The position numbers and the translations under genes were made by a program. The notes under the pieces were generated by a model. The model did no database searches. It saw nothing but the letters and a program-made list of their open reading frames with translations, and had not been told where the DNA came from. DNA of 64,000 nucleotides from Planctomycetota bacterium (GTDB lineage: Bacteria > Planctomycetota > SZUA-567 > H5-PLA8): the NCBI GenBank assembly GCA_038227875.1, contig JBBRPR010000006.1, positions 161,272-225,271 of the forward strand, in the 5' to 3' direction. Each line of letters opens with the position of its first letter. Position 1 is the stretch's first letter. This document shows positions 41,255-51,305 of the stretch, in pieces.

Positions 41255-42349
41255 ATGGTCGATCAGAAGCGACGTGGACGGCCGCCAGGTTCCATAGCGC
41301 GCTACAGCGTCATCTCCGAGGACATCGCCCGCCGCCTGGCCGCTGGCGAATGGCCCGTGGGCACGACCTTGCCGTCGTGCCGCCAGTTCGGGCGGCAGTA
41401 CGCCGTCGGCGCGCATGTCATCAATCGGGCGCTGCGCGCGCTGGAGTCTGACGGCCGGGTCGTCATCAGTCCGCGTAAACTCCCCGTTGCGGCGTTGGGC
41501 GCCCGGCTGGAGTCGGTCGTTCAGCATGCCGTCGCAGTAGTCTTGCGGGACGCCGTTCACACGTCGTTCACCGGACACGCATCGTCAGACATTCGTGCGG
41601 GTTTCGAACGCGCGCTCGCGTCGCTCGGCTGCCCGCCGATCCTCTACCTGCATCACCCCACGCGCTGGCGCTCGGAATTTCCGATTGGACTGCGCGACCT
41701 GCCCTTGCGCGGAATTTTCCTCTACGGCCCCTTCAGCGCGGAGTTACTCAAGCGCTACGAAGGCTTGAACGTTCCCGTCGTGCTGATCGATCAGCCGGCA
41801 GAACTCAGTGCGCTGCATACCGTCACCGCCGACAACGTCAACGCGGCCTACGACGCCACGAAGCGCCTGATTGCGCTGGGTCATCGCCGACTGGCCTTCG
41901 TCCGGTCGATTGTGAATTCACTGCGCGTGATCGATCCCGACGCACGCGAACGGCAGGACGGCTTCGAGCGGGCGTGCCGGGAGTCCGGGCTGCCCGAGGA
42001 CGACTACAAAATTTTCACCGCGACGTTTTCGCCGAGCAGTCTCGCGACGCAAAGCCTGGTGCGCGCCCTGCCGCGCTACACGGGCGTCGTGCTGGCCAAC
42101 GAGAGCCACGCCGAACAAGCCGCCGCCGCCGCGGAAGCCATCGGGCTGAAAATTCCGCGCGACTTGAGCCTCGTCGTCTTCCGCGCCGCGCGCACCGAGC
42201 GGCGGAACTGGAGTGGCCCGCGAATCGACTTCGAAGCCATCGGCCGCGCGGCGGTCCATCTGCTCACCCGCAAACACGCCGACCCGCAACGCATCCGAAT
42301 TCCATGCGCATGGACCGACGGAGATTCCCTGGCGCGCTGCCGAAAGTAA
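41255..42349 (+). CDS. GntR-wHTH / LacI sugar-binding-domain regulator (AraR-like)
   Basis: GEWPVGTTLPS..INRALRALE wHTH followed by VPVVLID..DN..ALGHRRLAF..IPRDLSLV. Confidence 0.88.
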   Translation: MVDQKRRGRPPGSIARYSVISEDIARRLAAGEWPVGTTLPSCRQFGRQYAVGAHVINRALRALESDGRVVISPRKLPVAALGARLESVVQHAVAVVLRDAVHTSFTGHASSDIRAGFERALASLGCPPILYLHHPTRWRSEFPIGLRDLPLRGIFLYGPFSAELLKRYEGLNVPVVLIDQPAELSALHTVTADNVNAAYDATKRLIALGHRRLAFVRSIVNSLRVIDPDARERQDGFERACRESGLPEDDYKIFTATFSPSSLATQSLVRALPRYTGVVLANESHAEQAAAAAEAIGLKIPRDLSLVVFRAARTERRNWSGPRIDFEAIGRAAVHLLTRKHADPQRIRIPCAWTDGDSLARCRK

Positions 42350-42356
42350 ATTGAGA

Positions 42357-42387
42357 CAAGGAGCAAGCGTCAATCGCTTGCTCCTTG
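42357..42387. terminator. Hairpin between convergent genes (probable bidirectional terminator)
   Basis: CAAGGAGCAAGCG-TCAAT-CGCTTGCTCCTTG, a 13-bp perfect stem. Confidence 0.7.
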
Positions 42388-42413
42388 CTGTTACGCTATC
42401 GAATTCGGACAAA

Positions 42414-45400
42414 CTACTTCGCGCTGCCCGAAAGGCCTTTCTTGGCCGTGTACGAAACGGTCTTCGTCGCGGCGTAAAAACCGTTGTTGAAGAGCACGAT
42501 CGCGTTCACCGTTTTGCTCACGGCCGTCTTGATGTCCGCGTCGCCCGTCAGCCCTTCGTCGGACAGGCTCGCGGCGAGCGTTGCCTTGGTCAGCTTCAGG
42601 ATCAGCTTCGTCGAACCGTTCTTGGGCTTGCCCATCGTCAGACCCTTGGTGGTGCTCTTGCCCTTGGCGTCCAACGTGAACGATTTGACTATGCCGCCGA
42701 CGTCGACGACCACCGTCTGGCCGGCCAGCGTCGCGGTACCAATGTCCAGCGTCGCCGAGAACGTCAGGCTGTCGTTAAGCGTGGTCTTGGCGAAGTTGAG
42801 CTTCGCCGCCAGAGTCACGCCGCTGAGCGACTTCGACGTTCCCGCCGCGGCGTTTCCGGTGAAGGGCGTCGAGCTGGCGCTATTGGGATCGGTACCCAGC
42901 GCTGTTTCGAGTTCATCGGGGAAGCCATCGCCATCGGAATCCGTAACCGTTCCGCCGGATGTGCCGCTGGCGGAGTAGAGCGCGAACGAAGAAGTGTTGC
43001 CGCTGTCGTCGGTGAGCGTCGCGGTGATGTTCTGCGTCGTATCCGCCGCGACATCCGTGGTGAAGGTCAGGTCCGATCCCACGCTGGAACGGCCGAGCAG
43101 CAGCGAACCCTGATCGGACGAATCGTTGAAGACTTCGATCGTTCCCGTCGTGGTCGCGGTGCCGATGACCCGCACCGTGGACGTCGCGCGCGACGCGGTG
43201 TCGGCGCTGGTCGTGAGCGTCATCACTTGCGAAATCGTCGGCGCCTTGATGCCATTGTTGCTGCCGTCGAAGAGCGTGATGCCGCCGCGCTTGTTCTTGC
43301 CGATGGCGTTGCCGCGCACGGTGTTCTTCTTGGAATTGGAGGTACGGACTTCAACGCCGTTGCCGCCGTTGTTGGCGATCGTGTTGCCTTCGCCGGACGT
43401 CGATCCGCCCGCCTGGGTGCTGGTCGTGCCGCGGGAGATAAACATGCCGGCGCTGCCGTTGGCGACGGCGCTGCGGCTGCCGATCGAATCGTCTGCGCGC
43501 GAGCCAACGCCGCGCGACGCAGTCGTCGTCGTTACGGCCGACGCACCGACGATGTTGCCAACGATGATATTGCTGTCGGAGCCGGACCCGGAGACGGTAA
43601 CGCCTTCGAAGAAGTTTCCGCTGATAACATTCCCTTCACCCGACGTGCTGCCGCCGATGGTATTCTGCGCCGCTCCAGCCTGCAGAATGATGCCAGCGAG
43701 ATTCGGCTGCGACTGCAGACCGCCGGCGTCGAGGCCGATCCAGCAGCCCTTGACCACGTTGCCGGTGGCGTTAGGGCCGGTGATGTTGATACCGAACGCG
43801 CCGTTGCCGGCCAGCCGCAGACCCTGGCCATTGACGCCCGTGCCGGTGTTGCGATTGCCGCCGATGATATTGTTGCTGGCGTTTGGTCCGACACTGATAC
43901 CAGCAGAGTTGAAATTGATGATTGAGAGATTGAAGACCTGGTTTCCGTCGGATTCGAACGACAGGCCGCTGGCCGAACCCGCAGCGGCACCGTTGACGGT
44001 GACACGGAGGCTGCTGGCGTCGATGGTGACGGCCCCGTGATTGAGATGCGGCAGGTCGGCCTTCACGTTAATCACCGTGGCCGCGTCGGAATTGTCGAGT
44101 GCGAAGACGACGGGGTCGAAGGTGATCGTGTCGCCGTGGCGGGCGCGGGCCATGCAGTCTCGCAGCGAATCCTGAACCGGCATCGATGGCGGAGCGATGT
44201 CCTGGGTATTTTTCACAATCAGCGTATCGGACACGGTCGTGAGAGTAATATGGAACGTTTGCACAGCGCTTAGATCATGGCCGCCATTGGCGGTTCCACC
44301 GTCGTCCTGGAGTTGTACCGAAACGAGGATCGGCGTCGCGGAATCGGAGCGGTTGGACGGCGTGAACGTCAGCGTTCCCGACGTGCTGATCGCAGGCTGC
44401 ACAAGGAACTGGTCTGTAATTGCTGCGGTGACGATGAAGGTTTTCACCTTCTGCGTGCTTTCATTGGCCGGCCCGAAGACGATGCCGGAAGCAAAGTTGG
44501 CAATCGTCTGTGCAACCGGCGCTTCGCTGCAAGTCACGTCCGGTCCGAGGACGAACGTCGGCGCGTGATTGACGGGATTGACTGTGACGTTGAGCGTCAC
44601 TGAGGTTGTATTCAAGGAGAGTGGCGATGACCCGCTGTTGTCCTTCACCGAGATGATGATCTGTACGAATCCATTGGCGTTGGTGACCGGTGCGAAACTG
44701 AAACTACCGGTGCCCGCCGCGAGATTGGTGCTGACGACAATCGGGTTGGCAATGAGATTGGCGTTCGTCGAAACGGCCGTCACAAGCAGCACCGGCGCGC
44801 CACTGAGCGGACCGGCGCTGATGCCGGTTAGATTCACGGTGGTGGTGCCCGAATCTTCATTGATCGTGATCGGCGGCAGCGGATCGATGGTCGGCACATT
44901 ACCGGTGTGAACGGTGAAGCGGAACGACGCGATGCTCCCGACGGCAATGCTCGACGCTCGACCAAACGAGCCCGCGTTGTTAGCGGTGGCCAGCGTGGCT
45001 GAACTGCCGGTCGCGGCAAAAGCAAAGAGCGTGTGAGGGCCGGGCGTCAGCGAGGTCAACGGCGCGGTGAACGGACCGGAACCGCTGGCAGCCGTCCATG
45101 ATTTTTCCGTGGAGTCCACCTGGTAGTAATACTTGAGCGCACCGCCGCCACTGAGCGTAAACGTCGGCGCGTTGTCGAACGACAAGGCACCAAGAAATGC
45201 GACTGGCGCGGTAATAGTCGTGGTTGGCGGCGCAAAATCGGTCTTCTCCACGTCGATCACGCGGATGGGCGCGCCACCGACGTAAACGCGGCCGGTGGCG
45301 GGATTCACCGCGATTGCATTCCCTGTCGCTCCACCCGGAATTGTCACAGTGGCCACCGAGCCGGAGATGCCGTCGATCACTGCGACTTGGTTGGTATTCA

Positions 45401-47444
45401 GCGAAACGTACGCTCGTTCAGTAACGGTGTTGACGCACAGATCCGTCGCGTAATTCGACGAACTGGCGCTGAGTGTGCCGGAATTGACCGCCGTGTTCGC
45501 TGAGTTGGAATTGACCACGCGGTACGCATTGGAGCTGGGGCTGACCAAGTAGACGCGGCCGCTGTTGCCATCGGCGGCGACGATGTTGTTCGACACGGAA
45601 TTGCCGGTGACCGATTGCGTGAAGTTGGTCGTGCCATCGATCGAATCCAACACTGCCGAGTCAGTGAACGTGACGAAAATGCGGTTGGCGACGCCATCCA
45701 CGGCAATGCTCGCGGGATTTCCCGACAGCTGAATCGGATTGGCCACTCGGAAATTGTTGGCGTCGTAGACGAAAAGCTCACCCCCGTTGTTGCCCACGCC
45801 GCGGCAGGCCACGTAGTAATTATTGTTGACCGGGTTGACCGCGACCAGCGCCGGGTTGCCCTCGGGCACCGAAAAGGTGCTCAGCACTGCGTTGGTTGCG
45901 CAGTTGATGACCGAAACCGTGCCGGCACTGCCAGGCGGCCCGCCCATCGTGGCATTCGCCACGTACAGACGGCCCAGCGTCTGATTGACAGCCAGCGCCG
46001 TGGGCTGCGATCCGACTGCAATGGTCGTGGCGACTGGTGAAGCAGGTGTGGCGAAGTTGATGGCTGTCACCGCGTTGCTGTTGAAATCGGCGGTGTAGGC
46101 GGTCTTGTTCAGTTCATTGACGACCAGTACCTGTGAATTCACGCCTACCGCGGCCGTACCGAGAACCGTCAGCGGATTGGACGACGCGCCATCGATAATC
46201 GAAACGCTTCCCGCAGCCGAGGGTTGGCCATTCAAAGCGAAAATGAGATTCTGCGCGGAGCTCACGGCAATCTTGGTCATGGCATTGACGTTGGGCGTCG
46301 TCGGCAAAGCCAACAGCGAGGCCCCGTCGAACTGCAGTAGTTTATTGCCGACGTTATCCAGCACATAGAAGCGGTTGGTGACGTTATTGACGCTGATAGC
46401 CGTCACCGCCGAGCCTTGTACGGCGGCCGACGTCGTCGTTTCGTTGCCGCCATCAATAATCCCGATGGCGGGAATGGAGGTGGCTGAGTAGCTGAAATAA
46501 ATCTTGTTCGCGGCCGTGTTCACAGCCAGGTCGACGCCGACTCCGGCAAACGTATTGATGTTCATGAGAATCGAATCATCGGGTTTAAGAATCTCGATGC
46601 TGCCGGTTGCAGTCGCAATATACACCTTGCCTGTATTGGGATTGACGGCGATCGACTGGACGCTATTCGTTCCGCTCAAAGTCTGGTTTGGAGAGGCCAG
46701 CGTTGTTCCACCGATGATCGAAATATTGTTTCCCGGGCTGGCGGCAGTCCCGCCGACGTAAACCTTGCTGCCGGGATTCACGGCCAGTAAGAATGGACCC
46801 GAGACGGTTGCCGGCGTCGCAATCACAGTGTTCGCCGAACCGATAACCGAAACGGTATTGGAACCAGAATTCGCGACGTACACATTGCCGCTGACCGGTT
46901 CCAGTGCGATGGCCAGTGGGCTGGTGCCCACAGTTACAGTTGTAATCGTGGAATTGACGTCGTTGGTCGTATCAAAAATCGAAACATTGTTGTTACCCAA
47001 ATTCGTAACATACAGTTTGTTGTTCGCGATGTTTATCGTGGCTGCTGTCGAATTGGATCCGCTGCCGCAGGACATCGTACCCACTACGGTGTTGGTTGCA
47101 CCATTGATGGCCACCACGCCACCGCCGCTGGTTCCGCCACGGCACACCACGTAAATGCGGTTGGTGAGCGGATTGATCACAATCGATTCGGGCCCCGTGA
47201 ATGGCGCCATCGAAAGGCCGCCGCCTTGAATCAGCGGCGTGAATGTCGAACCATCGAAAACTTGAATCAGGTCAGGTGAGCCTGGCAGCGAAATGTAGAT
47301 GCGGTTCGTTACCGGATTGACGCCTATACATTTAGGTCCACCGGGGAGAGGAAAACTGCCCGTTTGGGTTTCGGCCTGAGCCCAGACGGCGGTGCCCGCG
47401 AGCACGATTAATCCCAACGTATGCAGAACACGACTATGCCACAT
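42414..47444 (-). CDS. Very large secreted surface protein: YVTN/YncE beta-propellers, Ig/cadherin-like repeats, right-handed beta-helix, DxDxDG motif, conserved C-terminal domain
   Basis: GGAGG SD before ATG 47444, signal peptide, repeated VNPxTNRIYV, 'VNPVNHAPTF', SLRDCM, IGGxxxGEGNVISGN and DSDGDGFPDELE motifs. Confidence 0.9.
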   Translation of the reverse strand: MWHSRVLHTLGLIVLAGTAVWAQAETQTGSFPLPGGPKCIGVNPVTNRIYISLPGSPDLIQVFDGSTFTPLIQGGGLSMAPFTGPESIVINPLTNRIYVVCRGGTSGGGVVAINGATNTVVGTMSCGSGSNSTAATINIANNKLYVTNLGNNNVSIFDTTNDVNSTITTVTVGTSPLAIALEPVSGNVYVANSGSNTVSVIGSANTVIATPATVSGPFLLAVNPGSKVYVGGTAASPGNNISIIGGTTLASPNQTLSGTNSVQSIAVNPNTGKVYIATATGSIEILKPDDSILMNINTFAGVGVDLAVNTAANKIYFSYSATSIPAIGIIDGGNETTTSAAVQGSAVTAISVNNVTNRFYVLDNVGNKLLQFDGASLLALPTTPNVNAMTKIAVSSAQNLIFALNGQPSAAGSVSIIDGASSNPLTVLGTAAVGVNSQVLVVNELNKTAYTADFNSNAVTAINFATPASPVATTIAVGSQPTALAVNQTLGRLYVANATMGGPPGSAGTVSVINCATNAVLSTFSVPEGNPALVAVNPVNNNYYVACRGVGNNGGELFVYDANNFRVANPIQLSGNPASIAVDGVANRIFVTFTDSAVLDSIDGTTNFTQSVTGNSVSNNIVAADGNSGRVYLVSPSSNAYRVVNSNSANTAVNSGTLSASSSNYATDLCVNTVTERAYVSLNTNQVAVIDGISGSVATVTIPGGATGNAIAVNPATGRVYVGGAPIRVIDVEKTDFAPPTTTITAPVAFLGALSFDNAPTFTLSGGGALKYYYQVDSTEKSWTAASGSGPFTAPLTSLTPGPHTLFAFAATGSSATLATANNAGSFGRASSIAVGSIASFRFTVHTGNVPTIDPLPPITINEDSGTTTVNLTGISAGPLSGAPVLLVTAVSTNANLIANPIVVSTNLAAGTGSFSFAPVTNANGFVQIIISVKDNSGSSPLSLNTTSVTLNVTVNPVNHAPTFVLGPDVTCSEAPVAQTIANFASGIVFGPANESTQKVKTFIVTAAITDQFLVQPAISTSGTLTFTPSNRSDSATPILVSVQLQDDGGTANGGHDLSAVQTFHITLTTVSDTLIVKNTQDIAPPSMPVQDSLRDCMARARHGDTITFDPVVFALDNSDAATVINVKADLPHLNHGAVTIDASSLRVTVNGAAAGSASGLSFESDGNQVFNLSIINFNSAGISVGPNASNNIIGGNRNTGTGVNGQGLRLAGNGAFGINITGPNATGNVVKGCWIGLDAGGLQSQPNLAGIILQAGAAQNTIGGSTSGEGNVISGNFFEGVTVSGSGSDSNIIVGNIVGASAVTTTTASRGVGSRADDSIGSRSAVANGSAGMFISRGTTSTQAGGSTSGEGNTIANNGGNGVEVRTSNSKKNTVRGNAIGKNKRGGITLFDGSNNGIKAPTISQVMTLTTSADTASRATSTVRVIGTATTTGTIEVFNDSSDQGSLLLGRSSVGSDLTFTTDVAADTTQNITATLTDDSGNTSSFALYSASGTSGGTVTDSDGDGFPDELETALGTDPNSASSTPFTGNAAAGTSKSLSGVTLAAKLNFAKTTLNDSLTFSATLDIGTATLAGQTVVVDVGGIVKSFTLDAKGKSTTKGLTMGKPKNGSTKLILKLTKATLAASLSDEGLTGDADIKTAVSKTVNAIVLFNNGFYAATKTVSYTAKKGLSGSAK

Positions 47445-47711
47445 ATTTATATTCCTCCATCCAATCGTGGTGCCACAAGGTGCGGACATCCTTCTTAATG
47501 AAAACGTGGGCGATTTTGATCGTACACAGCAGTCGCTTGCTTTCCCTGCTATCCGTGACACAGGGATGTTGCAACTCCAACAAGCAGCCGGTGTTCAGAA
47601 TCAAACACGAATCTTGAGGAGCATCGGCGGGAATGCAAGTTTTTTGAGCGCACATCTACAAATAAATACTGCACATGTTCTTATGATTCGTGATACGCAT
47701 CCGATAACACT

Positions 47712-49064
47712 CTATTGCACATCAATCCCGCCCAGCGAGAGCCAGCGGTCGCTGAAGTTTTCCCGGTTCGCGAAACGGACGCGCGCCTGCTTTGACTTCG
47801 GGTCAATCAAGCCCGCGGCGAGGTGCGCGAAGCCGGGCTTGAAACCCGCTGGAAGTGGTACATCCGTCTCGATGATCGCATCGCCGGGCAGCCACGTTCG
47901 AGAGTCCACGCCTGGCAGCACGATGATCTCTTCGCGATCGCCCTGGCGCAGCCGCAGCGCAAAGTCGTACTTTCGGTAGAGCGGTGCGCAGCCGACGTTT
48001 TCGATCCAGCTTTTGAAATGAAACGCGCCACCGGTTTTCACCGGCGTGTCGTAACACGCCTGCCGGAAAATAAATCGATACCCAATCGCGCGGCAGAACG
48101 CGCTGAGCTTTTCCATCCACGGGCCCGGGAGCCGGCACGATTTGGGCATGAAGTATGTCGTGTGGTATTTCAATCCCTGTTGCAGAATCAGATCGATGTC
48201 CCAATTCTGCAGATACCACGCCATGGGCACCCACCCCGTTTCGCAATGAACAGGGAACTTTTTCCAATTATCTCCCGCATTTTGAATCAGTGTTTCAGGA
48301 TAGACATCAAAGGTATGATTCCACGATGACGCTGCCAGCACCTCCGGTGAACCCGTATCACCGAGATCGCCATAACAATTCCAGCGCCACCCAGCGGCGT
48401 ATTCCATCCCGACTTTGCCCTGCACGCCGCAGATCTCGATCAATCGGATCGTGGTCGGAAATGCCTCCCGATGAACCTTATTAAATCCATGCATCTGCGC
48501 GACGCTCATCTCGCCGGCGCCTTCGCCCCACGGTCCGATATAGCCGACATCCATCGTTTCAATATCCGGATGCCCATCGTAGCGTCGCCCACATTCCCGG
48601 ATCACGTTACCAAATTTTTCGAGGTACTCCGGGGAGTCGTGGACCGGAACAGTCAGCTTCGCGCCGAACAATTCGTGCGTCTCCATCGGGTATTTGGCGC
48701 TGTACCACTTTGGAACCATGGGCTGCGTGTCTGCACCGAAAGGCATGATCCGGATGGCCAGGGTCTGTCCACGGGCGCGCGCCGTTTCGATCGATTGGTC
48801 GATCACCGAAAAATCGAATTTCCCCTCTTCCGGTTCGACCAGGTCCCAGAACCAGCGGCAGTACGCGACGGTGCTGGGGAGATAGCCGTCGGTATAAAAT
48901 TCATGCTTCGCCTTGGGAAATGTCACCGGACCTTCTTCCGACCATCGAACTCCCTCAAACAGATCATCCCCATTAAAATGCTGAAATGTACAGCACCCTT
49001 TATGAGGATTGGCCAGATATGCATCTGTGGGAACCGGTCGGACGCGGCGGACGATTTCGGCCAT
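47712..49064 (-). CDS. DUF4832 / GH42-like TIM-barrel glycoside hydrolase-like protein
   Basis: NPHKG, YCRWFW..EPEEGKFDFS, RYDGHP, G.WGEG and IGYRF...NVGCAPLY...WLPG motifs. Confidence 0.75.
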   Translation of the reverse strand: MAEIVRRVRPVPTDAYLANPHKGCCTFQHFNGDDLFEGVRWSEEGPVTFPKAKHEFYTDGYLPSTVAYCRWFWDLVEPEEGKFDFSVIDQSIETARARGQTLAIRIMPFGADTQPMVPKWYSAKYPMETHELFGAKLTVPVHDSPEYLEKFGNVIRECGRRYDGHPDIETMDVGYIGPWGEGAGEMSVAQMHGFNKVHREAFPTTIRLIEICGVQGKVGMEYAAGWRWNCYGDLGDTGSPEVLAASSWNHTFDVYPETLIQNAGDNWKKFPVHCETGWVPMAWYLQNWDIDLILQQGLKYHTTYFMPKSCRLPGPWMEKLSAFCRAIGYRFIFRQACYDTPVKTGGAFHFKSWIENVGCAPLYRKYDFALRLRQGDREEIIVLPGVDSRTWLPGDAIIETDVPLPAGFKPGFAHLAAGLIDPKSKQARVRFANRENFSDRWLSLGGIDVQ

Positions 49065-49195
49065 GGGCGAATCTTCCTTAAGCTGCGGGAATTGAGTCAG
49101 AAGTATACACTACCGCCGCACAAGAATCGTTATTTTCGAAAATTTCAATAATGGATTTCGAATTGAAAATGCGAATCAATTTAAACAATAGCAAT

Positions 49196-49226
49196 AAAAA
49201 ACTCCCCGCCTAAGCAGGGAGTTTTT
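49196..49226 (-). terminator. Intrinsic terminator after the AT-hook protein gene
   Basis: AAAAACTCCC..GC-CTAA-GC..GGGAGTTTTT, with T-runs on both strands. Confidence 0.75.
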
Positions 49227-49246
49227 GTCCTCAGTCCTCAGTTCTT

Positions 49247-49714
49247 TTAGAGCTTGCGCAATTCAGCAGCGGTCCGTTCCAGAGCGGCAACGGCGCGGTG
49301 AATCGCGGCGCTGACGCGGGTTTCGACCATATTGGCGACGATTTTATCAATGTCACCCAACGAGGCCGAACCACTGACGCGCACCTTGGTCTTCGCCGGG
49401 CGGCCCGGTCCGCGCTTGGCGGCGGCCTTACCGGCCGGACGACCGCGCTTGTTGCGGCGGATTTTGACTGCGCCGGAATCCCGACCCATCTTCATCAAAT
49501 ACGGCAACGTACCTTTAAACCCGCTGGCCTTGGCCGCGACAAGTGCGTCTTCCCAGCTCATGCCGGCTTTGCGAGCATCGGCAGTAGCCTTGAGAATCGC
49601 TGCTTTGGTTTCCGCATCGTACTGCGATTTGCGTCCGCGCTGTTTAGGTTCCGCTGACTCCGCCTTCGGTGCGGATTCGGCTGCCGACTTTTTCTTACTA
49701 CCCCGTTTTGCCAT
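49247..49714 (-). CDS. Small basic Lys/Arg/Ala-rich protein with AT-hook-like motifs
   Basis: QRGRK, KRGRP and KRGPGRP motifs; GAGGGG SD; own terminator. Confidence 0.8.
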   Translation of the reverse strand: MAKRGSKKKSAAESAPKAESAEPKQRGRKSQYDAETKAAILKATADARKAGMSWEDALVAAKASGFKGTLPYLMKMGRDSGAVKIRRNKRGRPAGKAAAKRGPGRPAKTKVRVSGSASLGDIDKIVANMVETRVSAAIHRAVAALERTAAELRKL

Positions 49715-49891
49715 GTCGTCGTTTCCCCTCTCGTGAGAATGGTTTTAAGGAAATATAGCCGAATTCAAAGAGTCTGCAACGCAACAATTCAAAGGTCTGC
49801 TGCAATTCAGAAATACTCCATTTTCAATTGTGAATTCTCTATAGCATCACGTTATTATGATAAACTATATCGAAACTATTCAGGAATCATC

Positions 49892-50302
49892 ATGCCCAAT
49901 TCGAACACATCGCCCGATGCCAAGCGCTTTGAACAGACAAGCCAGGAAGGCCGCTCCCGAATTCTATGGGGCGATTCTCCTGAAAAGGTAAGCGCATGGC
50001 TGCGCGAACAGGGCTTTACCTCCGCGCAGATTGAAGATGTCCTGAAAACGGCCCAATTGGAACGTGCTCAAGCCGTCCGCGCGGCAGGTATTGACGATAT
50101 GATCATGGGATTTCTATTTATACTGATATTCGGCGGCATGTTTCTGGTGATGTTCTTTACCCGCCTGCGTTTCGCGCTCGTGGATTTCACGGGACTCAGC
50201 GGTGCTGCGTACGGTCTATACCGCCTGCTCCGCGGCGTTTACCACCTTATGGAAGGCGGAAGTTACCAGGGCTCGGTGACGGAATTGAGTCGTGAGGATT
50301 GA
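49892..50302 (+). CDS. Hypothetical membrane protein (two C-terminal TMs)
   Basis: AGGA SD before ATG 49892; soluble helical N-terminus followed by two hydrophobic segments. Confidence 0.7.
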   Translation: MPNSNTSPDAKRFEQTSQEGRSRILWGDSPEKVSAWLREQGFTSAQIEDVLKTAQLERAQAVRAAGIDDMIMGFLFILIFGGMFLVMFFTRLRFALVDFTGLSGAAYGLYRLLRGVYHLMEGGSYQGSVTELSRED

Positions 50303-50330
50303 AACTCCGCAGGATGGTGGTTGAGAATAT

Positions 50331-51164
50331 TTACGCGCCGGGTTCGCGCCGATAATCGCGCGGACTTCTGCCATGAATCTGTTTGAATTGGCGGCTGAAC
50401 AAGAAGATATCTGAAAATCCAAATGCGTACGCGATTTCCGAAATCGAGCGCGCCGAATGAGCCAATTCCTCCGCTGCGTGCTTCATCCGTTCGCGCACCA
50501 GCCACGCCCGCGGCGACAGGCCATACGTCTTACGGAACAGGCGCGAGAAATAATCTGTACTTAACCGCACTAATTTTGCGAGTTCGGCGGTCCCCGGCCG
50601 TTCGCGGATGCGCTTTTCGGCATAATCGTTCAGCATCCGCTGCTGAGCAACCGTGAACGTCAGTCGTTCATCCGCGCGGCTCTGTGAAAGTGTCAGCGCC
50701 CGCGCGCACAGCAGGAGCAGTGCGGATCGGAACGGCAAATCACCATACGCGCCCTTGCCGTAAGTCTCGCACACCAGCTGCGCACACAGTGACTGCAACT
50801 CCTGCGCACGCGGGATAAAGACACATTCACGCGCGCCGCGCACCGCATCGCTCTGCCGTTTTCCATAAATGCCCACCTTGAAATGGTAAAATTCAAAAGG
50901 TGCATGTCCCTTTGGTATTTTGAATTCGTGTAGCACGCCGGGACTCACCCAAATAAAGCTACCCGGTTCGAGCCGGTAGTTACGTCCCGCGACGCGCGCG
51001 TCGCAGAAGTTCGACGTGATCAGGTAAATCAGGTGTTCGGGAATCGTCCGCTTCTGCACGATCCAATTCGCATGCGCCGTCGACAGCCCGCATTGGACAA
51101 TGTCGAAGTGCGTCTGCGGCGCAAGCAACTGCCGCAGGAAATGTTCATCTGTCCGGGCACGCAT
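50331..51164 (-). CDS. AraC-family regulator
   Basis: Cupin domain plus LSTDYFSRLFRKTYGLSP...ISEIAYAFGFSD..FSRQFK..G.SP; start approximate. Confidence 0.93.
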   Translation of the reverse strand: MRARTDEHFLRQLLAPQTHFDIVQCGLSTAHANWIVQKRTIPEHLIYLITSNFCDARVAGRNYRLEPGSFIWVSPGVLHEFKIPKGHAPFEFYHFKVGIYGKRQSDAVRGARECVFIPRAQELQSLCAQLVCETYGKGAYGDLPFRSALLLLCARALTLSQSRADERLTFTVAQQRMLNDYAEKRIRERPGTAELAKLVRLSTDYFSRLFRKTYGLSPRAWLVRERMKHAAEELAHSARSISEIAYAFGFSDIFLFSRQFKQIHGRSPRDYRREPGA

Positions 51165-51305
51165 CAATTCACTCCGGATCACGACAAGCAATCACCGCTT
51201 AGACACAAGTATTATACTATGTAATCCATGGCAGGACGACTCCCATTCGAGCTAAATTAGTCTCAGTGGTTCGCAGCCTTTTGAAACTCTTCCGGAGGAG
51301 TAACG

